Shown here piece after piece: positions 1 to 9,360 of a stretch of 44,022 nucleotides of DNA. Below the pieces are notes generated by a model. That model did no database searches. It saw nothing but the letters and a program-made list of their open reading frames with translations, and was not told the origin of the DNA. The first letter of the stretch is position 1; every line of letters starts with the position of its first letter. The stretch covers positions 1 to 44,022 of the forward strand of contig JAIPJO010000002.1 in assembly GCA_021734135.1 (NCBI GenBank), in the 5' to 3' direction. Both the position numbers and the translations under genes were made by a program. This stretch comes from Patescibacteria group bacterium. GTDB taxonomy: Bacteria; Patescibacteriota; Patescibacteriia; Patescibacteriales; UBA12465.

Positions 1-19
1 AATATTAACCCTTAAATAT

Positions 20-622
20 ATGTCATTTACATTACCTAAATTAAATTATGAATATGATGCCCTAGAGCCTTATATATCAGCTAAAACTATGGAATTTCAT
101 CATAGTAAGCATCATCAAGCTTATATTGATAAAACTAATAAATTTATTAATAATACAGATACAGGACATAAAGAAAAAACTTTAGAGCAAATTTTAATTG
201 ACACAGCCCATAATCCTAATGAAACAAGCTTATTTAATAATGCTGGACAAGTATGGAATCATAATTTTTTCTGGCAAAGCTTGAGTCCTCAAGGTGGTGG
301 TGAGCCTGATAGTGAAGTAATGAAATATATTAAAGCAGCCTTTGATGACTTGGATAAATTTAAAGAAGAATTTATTGAAAAAGCTATGAGTCATTTTGGT
401 AGTGGCTGGGTATTTTTAATCTTAGAAGATGAAAAGATAAAGATAACTACAAAGTCTAATGGGGATAATCCAATAGCTCATAACCAAAAACCACTTCTTA
501 GTTTTGATATTTGGGAACATGCTTATTATTTAGATTATCAAAATAGAAAAAAGGAATATTTTCAAGCTTTTTTAGATAATTTAATAAATTGGGATTTTGT
601 AAAGGAAAATATTAATAAATAA
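20..622 (+). CDS. sodB: Fe/Mn superoxide dismutase
   Basis: LPKLNYEYDALEP, HHSKHH, WNHNFFW, FGSGW and DIWEHAYY motifs; metal specificity not certain. Confidence 0.93.
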   Translation: MSFTLPKLNYEYDALEPYISAKTMEFHHSKHHQAYIDKTNKFINNTDTGHKEKTLEQILIDTAHNPNETSLFNNAGQVWNHNFFWQSLSPQGGGEPDSEVMKYIKAAFDDLDKFKEEFIEKAMSHFGSGWVFLILEDEKIKITTKSNGDNPIAHNQKPLLSFDIWEHAYYLDYQNRKKEYFQAFLDNLINWDFVKENINK

Positions 623-674
623 TATAGTAAATATTGAATTTAGATATATTAATAGAATTACTGGATATAACAAG

Positions 675-700
675 AATAGGGCTATATTAGCTCTATTTTT
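675..700 (+). terminator. Intrinsic terminator after sod
   Basis: AATAGGGCTA-TAT-TAGCTCTATT hairpin running into a T-tract. Confidence 0.6.
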
Positions 701-701
701 G

Positions 702-730
702 TTGACACTACTAATATAATATTATAATAT
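702..730 (+). promoter_or_regulatory. sigma70 promoter for rpsB-tsf
   Basis: TTGACA (702-707), 17 bp spacer, TAATAT (725-730); an overlapping TATAAT lies at 723-728. Confidence 0.7.
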
Positions 731-778
731 AGATATAGAGGGAAAACCTCATTTTTTAATTAAATTAATAATAATTAT

Positions 779-835
779 CACGCACACCTTCTTTTAATAT
801 TTCTTGCTTAAAAAATTAAGCTTTGAAGGTGGAGG
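779..835 (+). ncRNA. rpsB (S2) leader, putative autoregulatory RNA
   Basis: CACAC...GTGGAGG frame typical of S2 leaders; outer stem CACCTTC (785-791)/GAAGGTG (825-831), inner stem GCTTAA/TTAAGC (806-821). Confidence 0.65.
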
Positions 836-849
836 ATAAAAAGAAAATT

Positions 850-1536
850 ATGACAAAATTACCATCATTAGAAGAGATGCTCAAGGCTGGTATGCACTTT
901 GGGCACAGAACAAGCCGTTGGCACCCAAAAATGGAGCCATTTATTTTTGGCAAAAGAAATAATATTTATATTATTGATCTTGAGAAGAGTCAAAAACAGC
1001 TAAAGAATGCTATTGAATTTATGCAAAATTTAGTACAAGAAAACAAATCAATATTATTTGTTGGTACTAAAAAACAAGTACAAAAGCCACTTAAAGAAGT
1101 TGCTCAAGAACTTAATATGCCTTATGTAGTTGAAAAATGGTTAGGAGGATTTTTAACAAACTTTGCAGTAGTTAAAAAATCAATTAAAAGGTATCTTGAC
1201 CTTAAAGAACAGCAAGAATCTGGTAAATTAGATAAATATACTAAAAAAGAAAAATTAGATTTTGAAAGAGAAATTGAGAAAATGGAGAGTAAATTAGGAG
1301 GACTTAGTGGTTTAAAGAAATTACCTGATGCTTTATTTGTTTGGGATATTAGAGAGGAAGAAACAGCTATTGTTGAAGCTAGAAAAAAGAATATTCCAAT
1401 TATTGCAATTTGTGATACTAATGTTAATCCTGAGTTAGTAAACTATCCAATTGCTTGTAATGATGATGCTACTAAAGCTGTAAAATTAGTATTAGATACT
1501 ATTAAGGATAACCTTAAAAACATTGATAAGAAATAA
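850..1536 (+). CDS. rpsB: 30S ribosomal protein S2
   Basis: AGMHFGH..RWHPKM, KWLGGFLTN and CDTN motifs; start moved from TTG 823 to ATG 850. Confidence 0.97.
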   Translation: MTKLPSLEEMLKAGMHFGHRTSRWHPKMEPFIFGKRNNIYIIDLEKSQKQLKNAIEFMQNLVQENKSILFVGTKKQVQKPLKEVAQELNMPYVVEKWLGGFLTNFAVVKKSIKRYLDLKEQQESGKLDKYTKKEKLDFEREIEKMESKLGGLSGLKKLPDALFVWDIREEETAIVEARKKNIPIIAICDTNVNPELVNYPIACNDDATKAVKLVLDTIKDNLKNIDKK

Positions 1537-1550
1537 TTAAAATTATATAT

Positions 1551-2348
1551 ATGGAAACTTTAAAAAAATTACGTGAACAAACCGGAGCAGGTATTGTTGA
1601 TTGTCAAAAAGCTCTAAAAGAGGCTGAAGGTGATTTAAATAAAGCTGTTGAAATTTTAAGAAAAAAAGGAATTTCAAAAGCTTCTAAGAGAATGGATAAG
1701 GAGGCAACTGAAGGAATAATTAAAGCTGGTATTAGTGAAGATAAAAAAACTGCTTATATTTTAGAATTGAATTCAGAAACTGATTTTGTAGCAAGAAACG
1801 AACAATTTCAAGAATTTGCTAATAAATTACTTAAAGTAGCGCAAGAAAAAAATGTTGATACTAAGGAAGAGTTGTTAGCATTAGATTTTGAAGAAACTAA
1901 TGTAAGTGATGCTATTGATGCTTTAAGTGGAGTTATTGGAGAAAAAATTGTTTTGGGTAAATATAATAAATTAAGTGGTGAAACTGTTTCAGCTTATATT
2001 CATATGGGTGGAAAAATTGGTATAATATTATCTTTAGATAAAGAAGGTATGGAAAGTATTGCCAGTGATATTGCTATGCATATTGCTGCCTTAAATCCTA
2101 AATATATCAAACCTGAAGATGTACCAGAAGAAGAGGTAAATAAAGAGAAAGAAATATATAAAGAACAACTTCTTAAAGAAGGTAAACCTGAAAATATTAT
2201 AGATAAAATTTTAGAAGGTAAAATTAATAAATATTATTCAGAAGTTTGCTTGGTAAAACAGGATTTCATTAAAGATGAAGATAATAAAGTTGAAGATGTT
2301 TTGGGTGAAGCTCAAATAGTTAACTTTATTCGTTACAGCTTATCATAA
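1551..2348 (+). CDS. tsf: Elongation factor Ts
   Basis: LREQTGAGIVDCQKAL and ELNSETDFVARN motifs; follows rpsB. Confidence 0.97.
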   Translation: METLKKLREQTGAGIVDCQKALKEAEGDLNKAVEILRKKGISKASKRMDKEATEGIIKAGISEDKKTAYILELNSETDFVARNEQFQEFANKLLKVAQEKNVDTKEELLALDFEETNVSDAIDALSGVIGEKIVLGKYNKLSGETVSAYIHMGGKIGIILSLDKEGMESIASDIAMHIAALNPKYIKPEDVPEEEVNKEKEIYKEQLLKEGKPENIIDKILEGKINKYYSEVCLVKQDFIKDEDNKVEDVLGEAQIVNFIRYSLS

Positions 2349-2405
2349 TAAAATATTCATTATTTCATTCAATGATTTAAGTCTTAGTTTGAGATAATTT
2401 TAAAT

Positions 2406-3275
2406 ATGTCTAAAATAGTTAAAATTAAATTTTCTACTTGGGATAAAGACTATGACTTTTTAAGTAATGGCTTAGATTTAAAAGTTGGTGATCATGTGAT
2501 TGTTGATACTGAATTGGGTAGAGATATAGGAATTGTTAATGAAGTTGTCCTAGATAGTACTAATACTGAAATTAAAGAGGCTGAAGATACTGAAAATGAT
2601 TCTAATAAAAATGAAGAAATTAAACCCGTTATTAGATTAGCAGATAGTGATGATTATGCTAAATTGCCAGATAGAGAAGAAAAATTAAAAGCCTTAAAGT
2701 ATTGCAAAGAAAGAATTGAAAAACATGAATTACCAATGAAATTAGTTGATGTACATTTCTCTTTAACTGGTAAACGTTTAAATTTTGCTTTTATATCAGA
2801 GGGTAGAGTAGACTTTAGAGATTTAGTTAGAGATTTATCGGCTCATTTTAATGGTAATATTAGATTAACTCAAATTGGAAGTAGAGATGAAGCTAGGGTG
2901 AGTGGTGATTTTGGGCCATGTGGTTTACCTCTTTGTTGTAAACGTTTTATTAATAAATTTTCATCAATAACCTCAGATATGGCTGAATGTCAGCAAGTGG
3001 TTCATAGAGGTAGTGAAAGATTATCAGGAATGTGTAATCGCTTAATGTGTTGTCTTTCTTATGAGCAGGATTGTTATAAAGAATTAGCTAAAAAAATGCC
3101 TGCTGTTGGAACAAGAGTAACTGTAGATGGACAAAAAGGTGTTGTAATTTCTCAGCATATCTTAAAGCAAAGCGTTGATGTAGAATTTAAAGTAAAAAAT
3201 AATGGCAGTGGTTATGAAAAAACAGTAACTGAGGTAGATTTAAATAGAAATAAAAAGAAAAAAGAAGAAATTTAA
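2406..3275 (+). CDS. ricT: PSP1-domain Fe-S protein (RicT/YaaT family)
   Basis: RVDFRDLVRDL, QIGSRDEA, GPCGLPLCC and SGMCNRLMCCL motifs. Confidence 0.88.
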   Translation: MSKIVKIKFSTWDKDYDFLSNGLDLKVGDHVIVDTELGRDIGIVNEVVLDSTNTEIKEAEDTENDSNKNEEIKPVIRLADSDDYAKLPDREEKLKALKYCKERIEKHELPMKLVDVHFSLTGKRLNFAFISEGRVDFRDLVRDLSAHFNGNIRLTQIGSRDEARVSGDFGPCGLPLCCKRFINKFSSITSDMAECQQVVHRGSERLSGMCNRLMCCLSYEQDCYKELAKKMPAVGTRVTVDGQKGVVISQHILKQSVDVEFKVKNNGSGYEKTVTEVDLNRNKKKKEEI

Positions 3276-3315
3276 AGCATCAAAAATCAAATAAAAGATT
3301 ATATTTATTTATATT

Positions 3316-3343
3316 AAAAAAACCGATTTATATCGGTTTTTTT
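3316..3343. terminator. Intrinsic terminator
   Basis: A-tract-CCGAT-TTAT-ATCGG-T-tract. Confidence 0.8.
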
Positions 3344-3447
3344 AGTTAATGAGATTTAATTGATAAAAATGCTTGATAAAAATATTATTTTTCTAAATAT
3401 CTAAAATATGTTATTATAAGAGTATAAAAATTTAACTTTTCACACAT

Positions 3448-4470
3448 ATGCCTAAAAAAACTAAAATTGCCATTAATGGTTTTGGTAGGATTGGTAGAGC
3501 TACTTTTAAGATAATCTTAAATGAAAATCCTAATTTAGAGGTGGTAGCAATAAATGATTTAAGTGATATAAAAACATTAGCTAATCTTTTAAAATATGAT
3601 AGTGCTTATGGTAAATATGATAAAGAAGTAAAAGAATTATCTGATAGTATTAAAGTTGCTGGTAAAAAATATAAAATCTATAATGAAAAAGATCCTGAAA
3701 ATTTACCATGGAAAGAATTGAATGTTGATGTTGTTTTAGAATGTACTGGCATCTTTAAAGATAAAAAGAGTGCTGGTAAGCATATTAGCGCTGGAGCAAA
3801 AAAAGTCATAATTTCTGCCCCTACTAAAGATACTAAAAAAATTAAAACTATTGTTTTAGGAGTAAATGAGAAAGAAATAAATAAATCTGATGATATATTA
3901 TCATGTGCTTCTTGTACAACTAATTGTTTAGCACCAATAGCTGAAGTTGTTCGTTCTAAATTTGGCATTAAAAAGAGTTTAATGACTACTATTCATGCCT
4001 ATACTGCTAGTCAATCACTCGTTGATGGCCCACATAAAGATTTAAGAAGAGGTAGAGCAGGAGCTATTAACATTGTTCCTACTACCACTGGTGCTGCTAA
4101 GGCTACTGGACTTGTAATAAAGTCTTTAAATAATAAGTTAGATGGTATGGCAATGAGGGTGCCAATACTTGTAGGATCAATCGTAGACGCTACTTTTCTA
4201 TTAAAGAAAAAAACAGATATAAATAAAGTTAAAAAAGCCTTTATTTCAGCTTCTAAGTTAAAGAAATTTAAAGGTATAATAAAGGCAAGCACTGAACCAA
4301 TTGTTTCTAGTGATATAGTTGCTAGTTCATATAGTTCTATAGTTGATTTAGAGTTTATCACTTTAATGGATGGCGATTTTCTTAAGGTTGTTGCTTGGTA
4401 TGATAATGAATGGGGTTATAGTAGTCGTTTAGTTGATCTTAGTGTTTTAGTTTCTAAAAAATATCTTTAA
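3448..4470 (+). CDS. gap: Type I glyceraldehyde-3-phosphate dehydrogenase
   Basis: INGFGRIGR, catalytic ASCTTNC and WYDNEWGYS motifs. Confidence 0.97.
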   Translation: MPKKTKIAINGFGRIGRATFKIILNENPNLEVVAINDLSDIKTLANLLKYDSAYGKYDKEVKELSDSIKVAGKKYKIYNEKDPENLPWKELNVDVVLECTGIFKDKKSAGKHISAGAKKVIISAPTKDTKKIKTIVLGVNEKEINKSDDILSCASCTTNCLAPIAEVVRSKFGIKKSLMTTIHAYTASQSLVDGPHKDLRRGRAGAINIVPTTTGAAKATGLVIKSLNNKLDGMAMRVPILVGSIVDATFLLKKKTDINKVKKAFISASKLKKFKGIIKASTEPIVSSDIVASSYSSIVDLEFITLMDGDFLKVVAWYDNEWGYSSRLVDLSVLVSKKYL

Positions 4471-4472
4471 GT

Positions 4473-5468
4473 ATGGATTTACTTAAAAAAGTAAAAAATA
4501 ATAATTTAAAAGGTAGGGGTGGGGCAGGTTTTCCAGTTCATGATAAATGGAGTTTAGTTATAAAAGCAAAAGGAAGAGAGAAATATCTTATTGTTAATGG
4601 AGCTGAAGGTGAACCGGGTGTAAAAAAAGATGAATATATTATTAAACATTATACTGAAGAATTACTTAGCGGTATTAAAATTATTTTAGATTATATTAAA
4701 GCTAAAAAATGTATTTTATTTTTAAATCATAATTATATTAAATATGATGAAAAAATAAAAAAATATATAGATAGTAGTTATAATATAGAGATTGTATATA
4801 AAGAAAAAAATGCTGGATATATTGCTGGTGAAGAGAGTACTATGTTAAATATTCTAGAAGGTAAGCGTAGTGAACCAAGGATTAGACCTCCATTTCCAAC
4901 AGAAAGTGGATATAAAGGAAGTCCTACCTTGATACATAATATTGAAACTATTTATAATATTTATTTAGTTTCTTGCTCTCAGTACAAAAAAAACAGATTC
5001 TATACTATAAATGGTGAAGTAAAAAATCCTGGTGTATATAATTTACCAGCTAATTATAGTATTGCTAGAATACTGGAGGAAACTAATAACTTACCATTGT
5101 TCAAATTTTTTGTTCAACATGGAGGACAGGCTAGCGGGGAAATGTTAAATTCATCTCAACTAGAAAAAAAAGTTTCTGGTAGTGGCGCTATTACTATTTA
5201 TAGCTACAAAAATAATAATGATTATGAATTAATTAAGAGATTAATTAATTTTTATTTCAATAGTTCTTGTGGAAAGTGTACGCCCTGTAGAGAGGGTACT
5301 TATAGACTTAAAGAAATGCTTAGCAAAGAAAAAATGGACTGGAAACATTTTTTAGAATTAATTGATAATTTAGAAAATAGTTCATTTTGCGCTTTAGGAT
5401 CATCTTTAGCACTACCTATTAAATCATATATAAAAAATATTAATCCTAAATTTAAACCAGAACTTTAA
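4473..5468 (+). CDS. Minimal NuoF/HydB-like NADH-binding flavo-Fe-S subunit
   Basis: GRGGAGFP, NGAEGEPG, YIAGEES, PRIRPPFP, SLBB region, and SCGKCTPCREG...CALG 4Fe-4S motif; only 331 aa. Confidence 0.88.
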   Translation: MDLLKKVKNNNLKGRGGAGFPVHDKWSLVIKAKGREKYLIVNGAEGEPGVKKDEYIIKHYTEELLSGIKIILDYIKAKKCILFLNHNYIKYDEKIKKYIDSSYNIEIVYKEKNAGYIAGEESTMLNILEGKRSEPRIRPPFPTESGYKGSPTLIHNIETIYNIYLVSCSQYKKNRFYTINGEVKNPGVYNLPANYSIARILEETNNLPLFKFFVQHGGQASGEMLNSSQLEKKVSGSGAITIYSYKNNNDYELIKRLINFYFNSSCGKCTPCREGTYRLKEMLSKEKMDWKHFLELIDNLENSSFCALGSSLALPIKSYIKNINPKFKPEL

Positions 5469-5470
5469 AT

Positions 5471-7201
5471 ATGAAAAAGTTTTATATTAAAATTAATAAT
5501 AAAAAGATTCTATGTAGTGAGCGAGATTCAATTTTAAATGTTGCTAGAAAAAATAAAATTGATATTCCTTCTTTGTGTTATCACCCTGATTTACCAGTTA
5601 AAGGTAATTGTGGTTTATGTTTAGTGGAAATAAAAGGTGCTAAAAAATTACTTAGGGCTTGCTCTGTTAAGGCAAAAGCAGGTATGGAAGTTAAGACTAA
5701 TACAGCTAAGGTAGTTAAATCAAGAAATTTAAATTTAGAGCTTTTATATGCTGAACATATAAATAAATGTAGTACTTGTGTAAATAGTATTGATTGTCAA
5801 CTTTTAAAGTTAGCTAGAAAATATAAAATAAATGCTAGCAATTTTCCTAAAAGAAAGACTGAGCGCAAAACATATAAGTTTGCTAATGCCGTGGAGATAG
5901 ATGGTAGTCAATGTATTGATTGCAGATCTTGTATTGACTCTTGTCAATTACTTAGTGGCATTAAACATTTAGAATTAAAAGGTAAAGGTGTAAAACAAGA
6001 GATTGTACCTAAAGGTCAAAAAGATAAATTAAGTGGCTTAGCTGCTAAGAAAAAGGGCTTTGCTTGTATATATTGTGGTCAATGTGCTCTGCATTGTCCA
6101 GTTGGTGCAGCTCAAGAACAAGATCAAATAAGTGAGGTAGAGACAGCTTTAAAGAATAAAAATGAAGATGAACTTATAGTAGCACAAATAGCTCCTTCAG
6201 TAAGAGTTAGTATTGGTGAGGAATTTGGTTTAAAACCAGGCACTTTAGTTACTGGTAAGCTAGTTACAGCTTTAAAAAAGTTAGGCTTTGATGCAGTTAT
6301 AGATGTTAATTTTGGAGCAGATACTACAACCATGGTAGAGGCGCAAGAATTAATTGATAGAATAAAAAATAAGAAACCGTTACCGCTTTTAACTTCTTGT
6401 TGTCCGGCTTGGGTCAGATATCTTGAATATTATCAACCAGAACTTATTAAATATTTAACATCTTCACGTTCACCACAAATGCATACAGCAGGACTAATAA
6501 AAACTTATTTTGCAAAAAGAAATAATATTTCTCCAGATAAAATAAAAGTTGTCTCTATTATGCCATGTACAGCTAAAAAATATGAAGCTACTAGAAAAGA
6601 ATTGAGGTTCAATAATAAAGATTTGATTGATTTTGTTTTAACAACTAGAGAAACAGCCTTTTTAATTGCTAAAAATAAAATAAAATTTAATGCTCTTAAA
6701 AATTCAAGTATGAATAATATTTTGTCTGAACATACAGGAGCAGCTGCTATTTATGGTTCTAGTGGAGGTGTAATGGAATCAGCAATTCGCACAGCTTTGC
6801 ATATATTAGAAAATAAAAAATTACCTAAAATTGATTTTAAAGAGTGTCGTGGCATGAAAGGATTAAAAGAAGCTAGTATAAAGATAAAAAATAGAAAATT
6901 AAATATCGCTATTGTTAATGGTTTAGCTAATTTTCAAAAAATAGTTGACCATATACAAAAATATGACTATATTGAAGTAATGACTTGTCCAGGTGGTTGT
7001 ATTGGTGGGGGTGGTCAACCAATCCCTACAAACTCAGATATTAGAGAAGCTAGAATGAAAGCTTTATATAATATAGACTCTAAAAAGAAACTTAGAAAGG
7101 CTCATGAAAATACTTATGCTTTAAAAGCTCTTCATTATTTAGAAAGTCAAAAAATTGATAAACAGATATTACATACTACTTATAGTGAAAAGAAAAAATA
7201 A
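5471..7201 (+). CDS. hydA: Group A [FeFe]-hydrogenase catalytic subunit
   Basis: H-cluster motifs L1 TSCCPAW, L2 MPCTAKKYE and L3 EVMTCPGGCIGGGGQP; N-terminal 2Fe-2S, His-ligated 4Fe-4S (H-x3-C-x2-C-x5-C) and two CxxCxxCxxxC clusters. Confidence 0.95.
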   Translation: MKKFYIKINNKKILCSERDSILNVARKNKIDIPSLCYHPDLPVKGNCGLCLVEIKGAKKLLRACSVKAKAGMEVKTNTAKVVKSRNLNLELLYAEHINKCSTCVNSIDCQLLKLARKYKINASNFPKRKTERKTYKFANAVEIDGSQCIDCRSCIDSCQLLSGIKHLELKGKGVKQEIVPKGQKDKLSGLAAKKKGFACIYCGQCALHCPVGAAQEQDQISEVETALKNKNEDELIVAQIAPSVRVSIGEEFGLKPGTLVTGKLVTALKKLGFDAVIDVNFGADTTTMVEAQELIDRIKNKKPLPLLTSCCPAWVRYLEYYQPELIKYLTSSRSPQMHTAGLIKTYFAKRNNISPDKIKVVSIMPCTAKKYEATRKELRFNNKDLIDFVLTTRETAFLIAKNKIKFNALKNSSMNNILSEHTGAAAIYGSSGGVMESAIRTALHILENKKLPKIDFKECRGMKGLKEASIKIKNRKLNIAIVNGLANFQKIVDHIQKYDYIEVMTCPGGCIGGGGQPIPTNSDIREARMKALYNIDSKKKLRKAHENTYALKALHYLESQKIDKQILHTTYSEKKK

Positions 7202-7205
7202 AATT

Positions 7206-8633
7206 ATGTTTCCTTTATATATAAAAAATACTTTAGAAAAATTAAATAATGCTGATCATGAAGCTTATGTTGTAGGTGGTTGCGTTCGTGATATATTAAT
7301 GAAAAAAGCTCCCAATGATTGGGATATTACCACTAGCGCTACACCTGAAGAAATAATGGCAGTTTTTGATAATGCTAAATATGAAAATGATTTCGGCACT
7401 GTTTTAGTGCCTATAAAAGAAAAAGAGGAATTAATAGATGTTTTAGAGATCACTACTTATCGTAGTGAAAAAGGTTATAGTGATAATCGCAGGCCTGATG
7501 AGGTTAAATTTGAAAATGAATTAGAAAAAGATTTAGAACGTAGAGATTTCACTATTAATGCTTTAGCTATGAATAAAGAGGAAGAAATAATTGATTTATT
7601 TGGTGGTTTAAAGGATATTGATAAAAAAATAATCAGAGCTGTAGGTGAACCAATGGAACGCTTTAAAGAAGATGCATTGAGATTGCTTAGAGCTATTAGA
7701 TTATCAGCTCAGCTTAACTTTGGTATTGAAAATAAAACTGAAAGAGCCATACTTAAAATGGCTGGTTCAGTTAAGTTTGTTTCTCAAGAAAGAATAAGAG
7801 ATGAATTAATTAAAATGTTAAAAACAAATAATGGACATTTAGCTATTAAAAGATTACATGATAATAAAATATTACAGTATATTTTGCCTGAAATAGAAGC
7901 AGGTGTAAATGTTAGTCAAAATCATCATCATATATATACAGTTTTTGAACATAGTTGGAGAGCTTTGGCTAGTTGTCCTAGCTCTGATTGGAGAGTTAAA
8001 TTAGCAGCACTTCTTCATGATGTGGGTAAACCAAAATCTAAAAAAATAATTAAAGGTGAGCCAACTTTCTATAATCATGAGTATATTGGAGCTAAAATGA
8101 CAGATAAAATATTGAAACGTTTAAGATTTAAAAATGAAGACAGAGAAAAGATTGTTAATTTAGTAAAAAATCATATGTTTTATTATAATGCAGGTGAAGT
8201 TACTGCTAGTTCCGTTAGAAGATTAATAAAAAAAGTTGGACAAGATAATTTAAAAGATTTAATTGATTTACGTATAGCTGATAGATTAGGCTCTGGTACT
8301 CCTAAAGCTAAACCATATAAACTTCGACATTTAGAATATATGATGGAGAAAGTTCAACATGACCCAGTTTCAGTAAAAAGTTTAAAAATAAATGGTAATG
8401 ATTTAATGAAAGACTTAAAATTAGAGCCAAGCCCTAAAATAGGTGCAATACTTGAAGTTTTATTAGCTGAAGTAATCGAAGATCCTAAATTAAATGAATA
8501 TAAATTATTATTAAAACGAGCAAATGAGTTACAAAAAGATAATTTAGAGAGTTTAAGAAAACAAGCTAAGGATTTAATTGAACAGGAAAATATAAAAGAA
8601 GATAAAAAAATTAAAAAACAATATTATGTTTAA
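7206..8633 (+). CDS. cca: CCA tRNA nucleotidyltransferase with HD domain
   Basis: VVGGCVRD, DWD, RRDFTINA, EDALRLLRA and LLHDVGK motifs; ATG 7206 preferred over the overlapping TTG 7155. Confidence 0.92.
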   Translation: MFPLYIKNTLEKLNNADHEAYVVGGCVRDILMKKAPNDWDITTSATPEEIMAVFDNAKYENDFGTVLVPIKEKEELIDVLEITTYRSEKGYSDNRRPDEVKFENELEKDLERRDFTINALAMNKEEEIIDLFGGLKDIDKKIIRAVGEPMERFKEDALRLLRAIRLSAQLNFGIENKTERAILKMAGSVKFVSQERIRDELIKMLKTNNGHLAIKRLHDNKILQYILPEIEAGVNVSQNHHHIYTVFEHSWRALASCPSSDWRVKLAALLHDVGKPKSKKIIKGEPTFYNHEYIGAKMTDKILKRLRFKNEDREKIVNLVKNHMFYYNAGEVTASSVRRLIKKVGQDNLKDLIDLRIADRLGSGTPKAKPYKLRHLEYMMEKVQHDPVSVKSLKINGNDLMKDLKLEPSPKIGAILEVLLAEVIEDPKLNEYKLLLKRANELQKDNLESLRKQAKDLIEQENIKEDKKIKKQYYV

Positions 8634-9324
8634 AAAAATAAAATTTAGTAGTAAGATATTAATAATTTTAGCACTTAGTTTAGTCTTGGGTGCTTGTACA
8701 AATTCTAATTCATTAAATAATCAGACTAATATTAATCAAGGAAATAATATTAACAATAACAATATGGCCAATGAAAATAATAGAACAGTTCATAATCAAA
8801 AAGATTTAGCTCAAGAATATCAATATGTAGTATTAAATACTAATTATGGCGATGTTAAAATTAAATTATATACTGAGAAGACTCCTATTACTGCTAATAA
8901 CTTTTTAAACTTAGCTCAAGACGGTTTTTATAATGAGACAAAGTTTCATAGAATAATAGAAGGATTTATGATTCAAGGTGGAGATCCTTTAACTAAAGAT
9001 GACAAACAAAAAGATCGTTGGGGAACAGGTTCTCCTGGTTATGTGATTCCAAATGAAGATGTAAAAGAGGTTTCTAATTTAGAAGGTACTATTTCTATGG
9101 CTAATTCTGGTCCAGACACAGGTGGTTCTCAATTTTTTATTAATACAGCTGATAATCAGGCTCTAGATTATAATAAACAACCACTACAAAGTCAGCATAG
9201 TGTTTTTGGTGAAGTAGTAGAAGGAATGGAAGTGGTAAAAGAGATTGAATCACTAGAAACAGACCTTAGAGATAGGCCACTTGAAGATGCAGTAATTACT
9301 AGTGTAGAGTTATTAAAAGAATAA
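8626..9324 (+). CDS. Cyclophilin-type peptidyl-prolyl isomerase, probable lipoprotein
   Basis: FHRIIEGFMIQGGDP, SMANSGPDTGGSQFFIN and HSVFG motifs; signal peptide with lipobox LGAC and Asn-rich linker. Confidence 0.92.
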   Translation: MFKKIKFSSKILIILALSLVLGACTNSNSLNNQTNINQGNNINNNNMANENNRTVHNQKDLAQEYQYVVLNTNYGDVKIKLYTEKTPITANNFLNLAQDGFYNETKFHRIIEGFMIQGGDPLTKDDKQKDRWGTGSPGYVIPNEDVKEVSNLEGTISMANSGPDTGGSQFFINTADNQALDYNKQPLQSQHSVFGEVVEGMEVVKEIESLETDLRDRPLEDAVITSVELLKE

Positions 9325-9360
9325 ATAAAGCAAAAATTACAATTAAATCACTTTAATTAT

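Noticed and set aside
3678..4361. Antisense ORFs within gap, and similar shadow ORFs in hydA, cca, iscS, rplA, rplK, nusG, tsaC, ctpA, serS and the surface-protein genes
   Set aside because: They overlap well-supported genes and have shadow-like composition with no motifs
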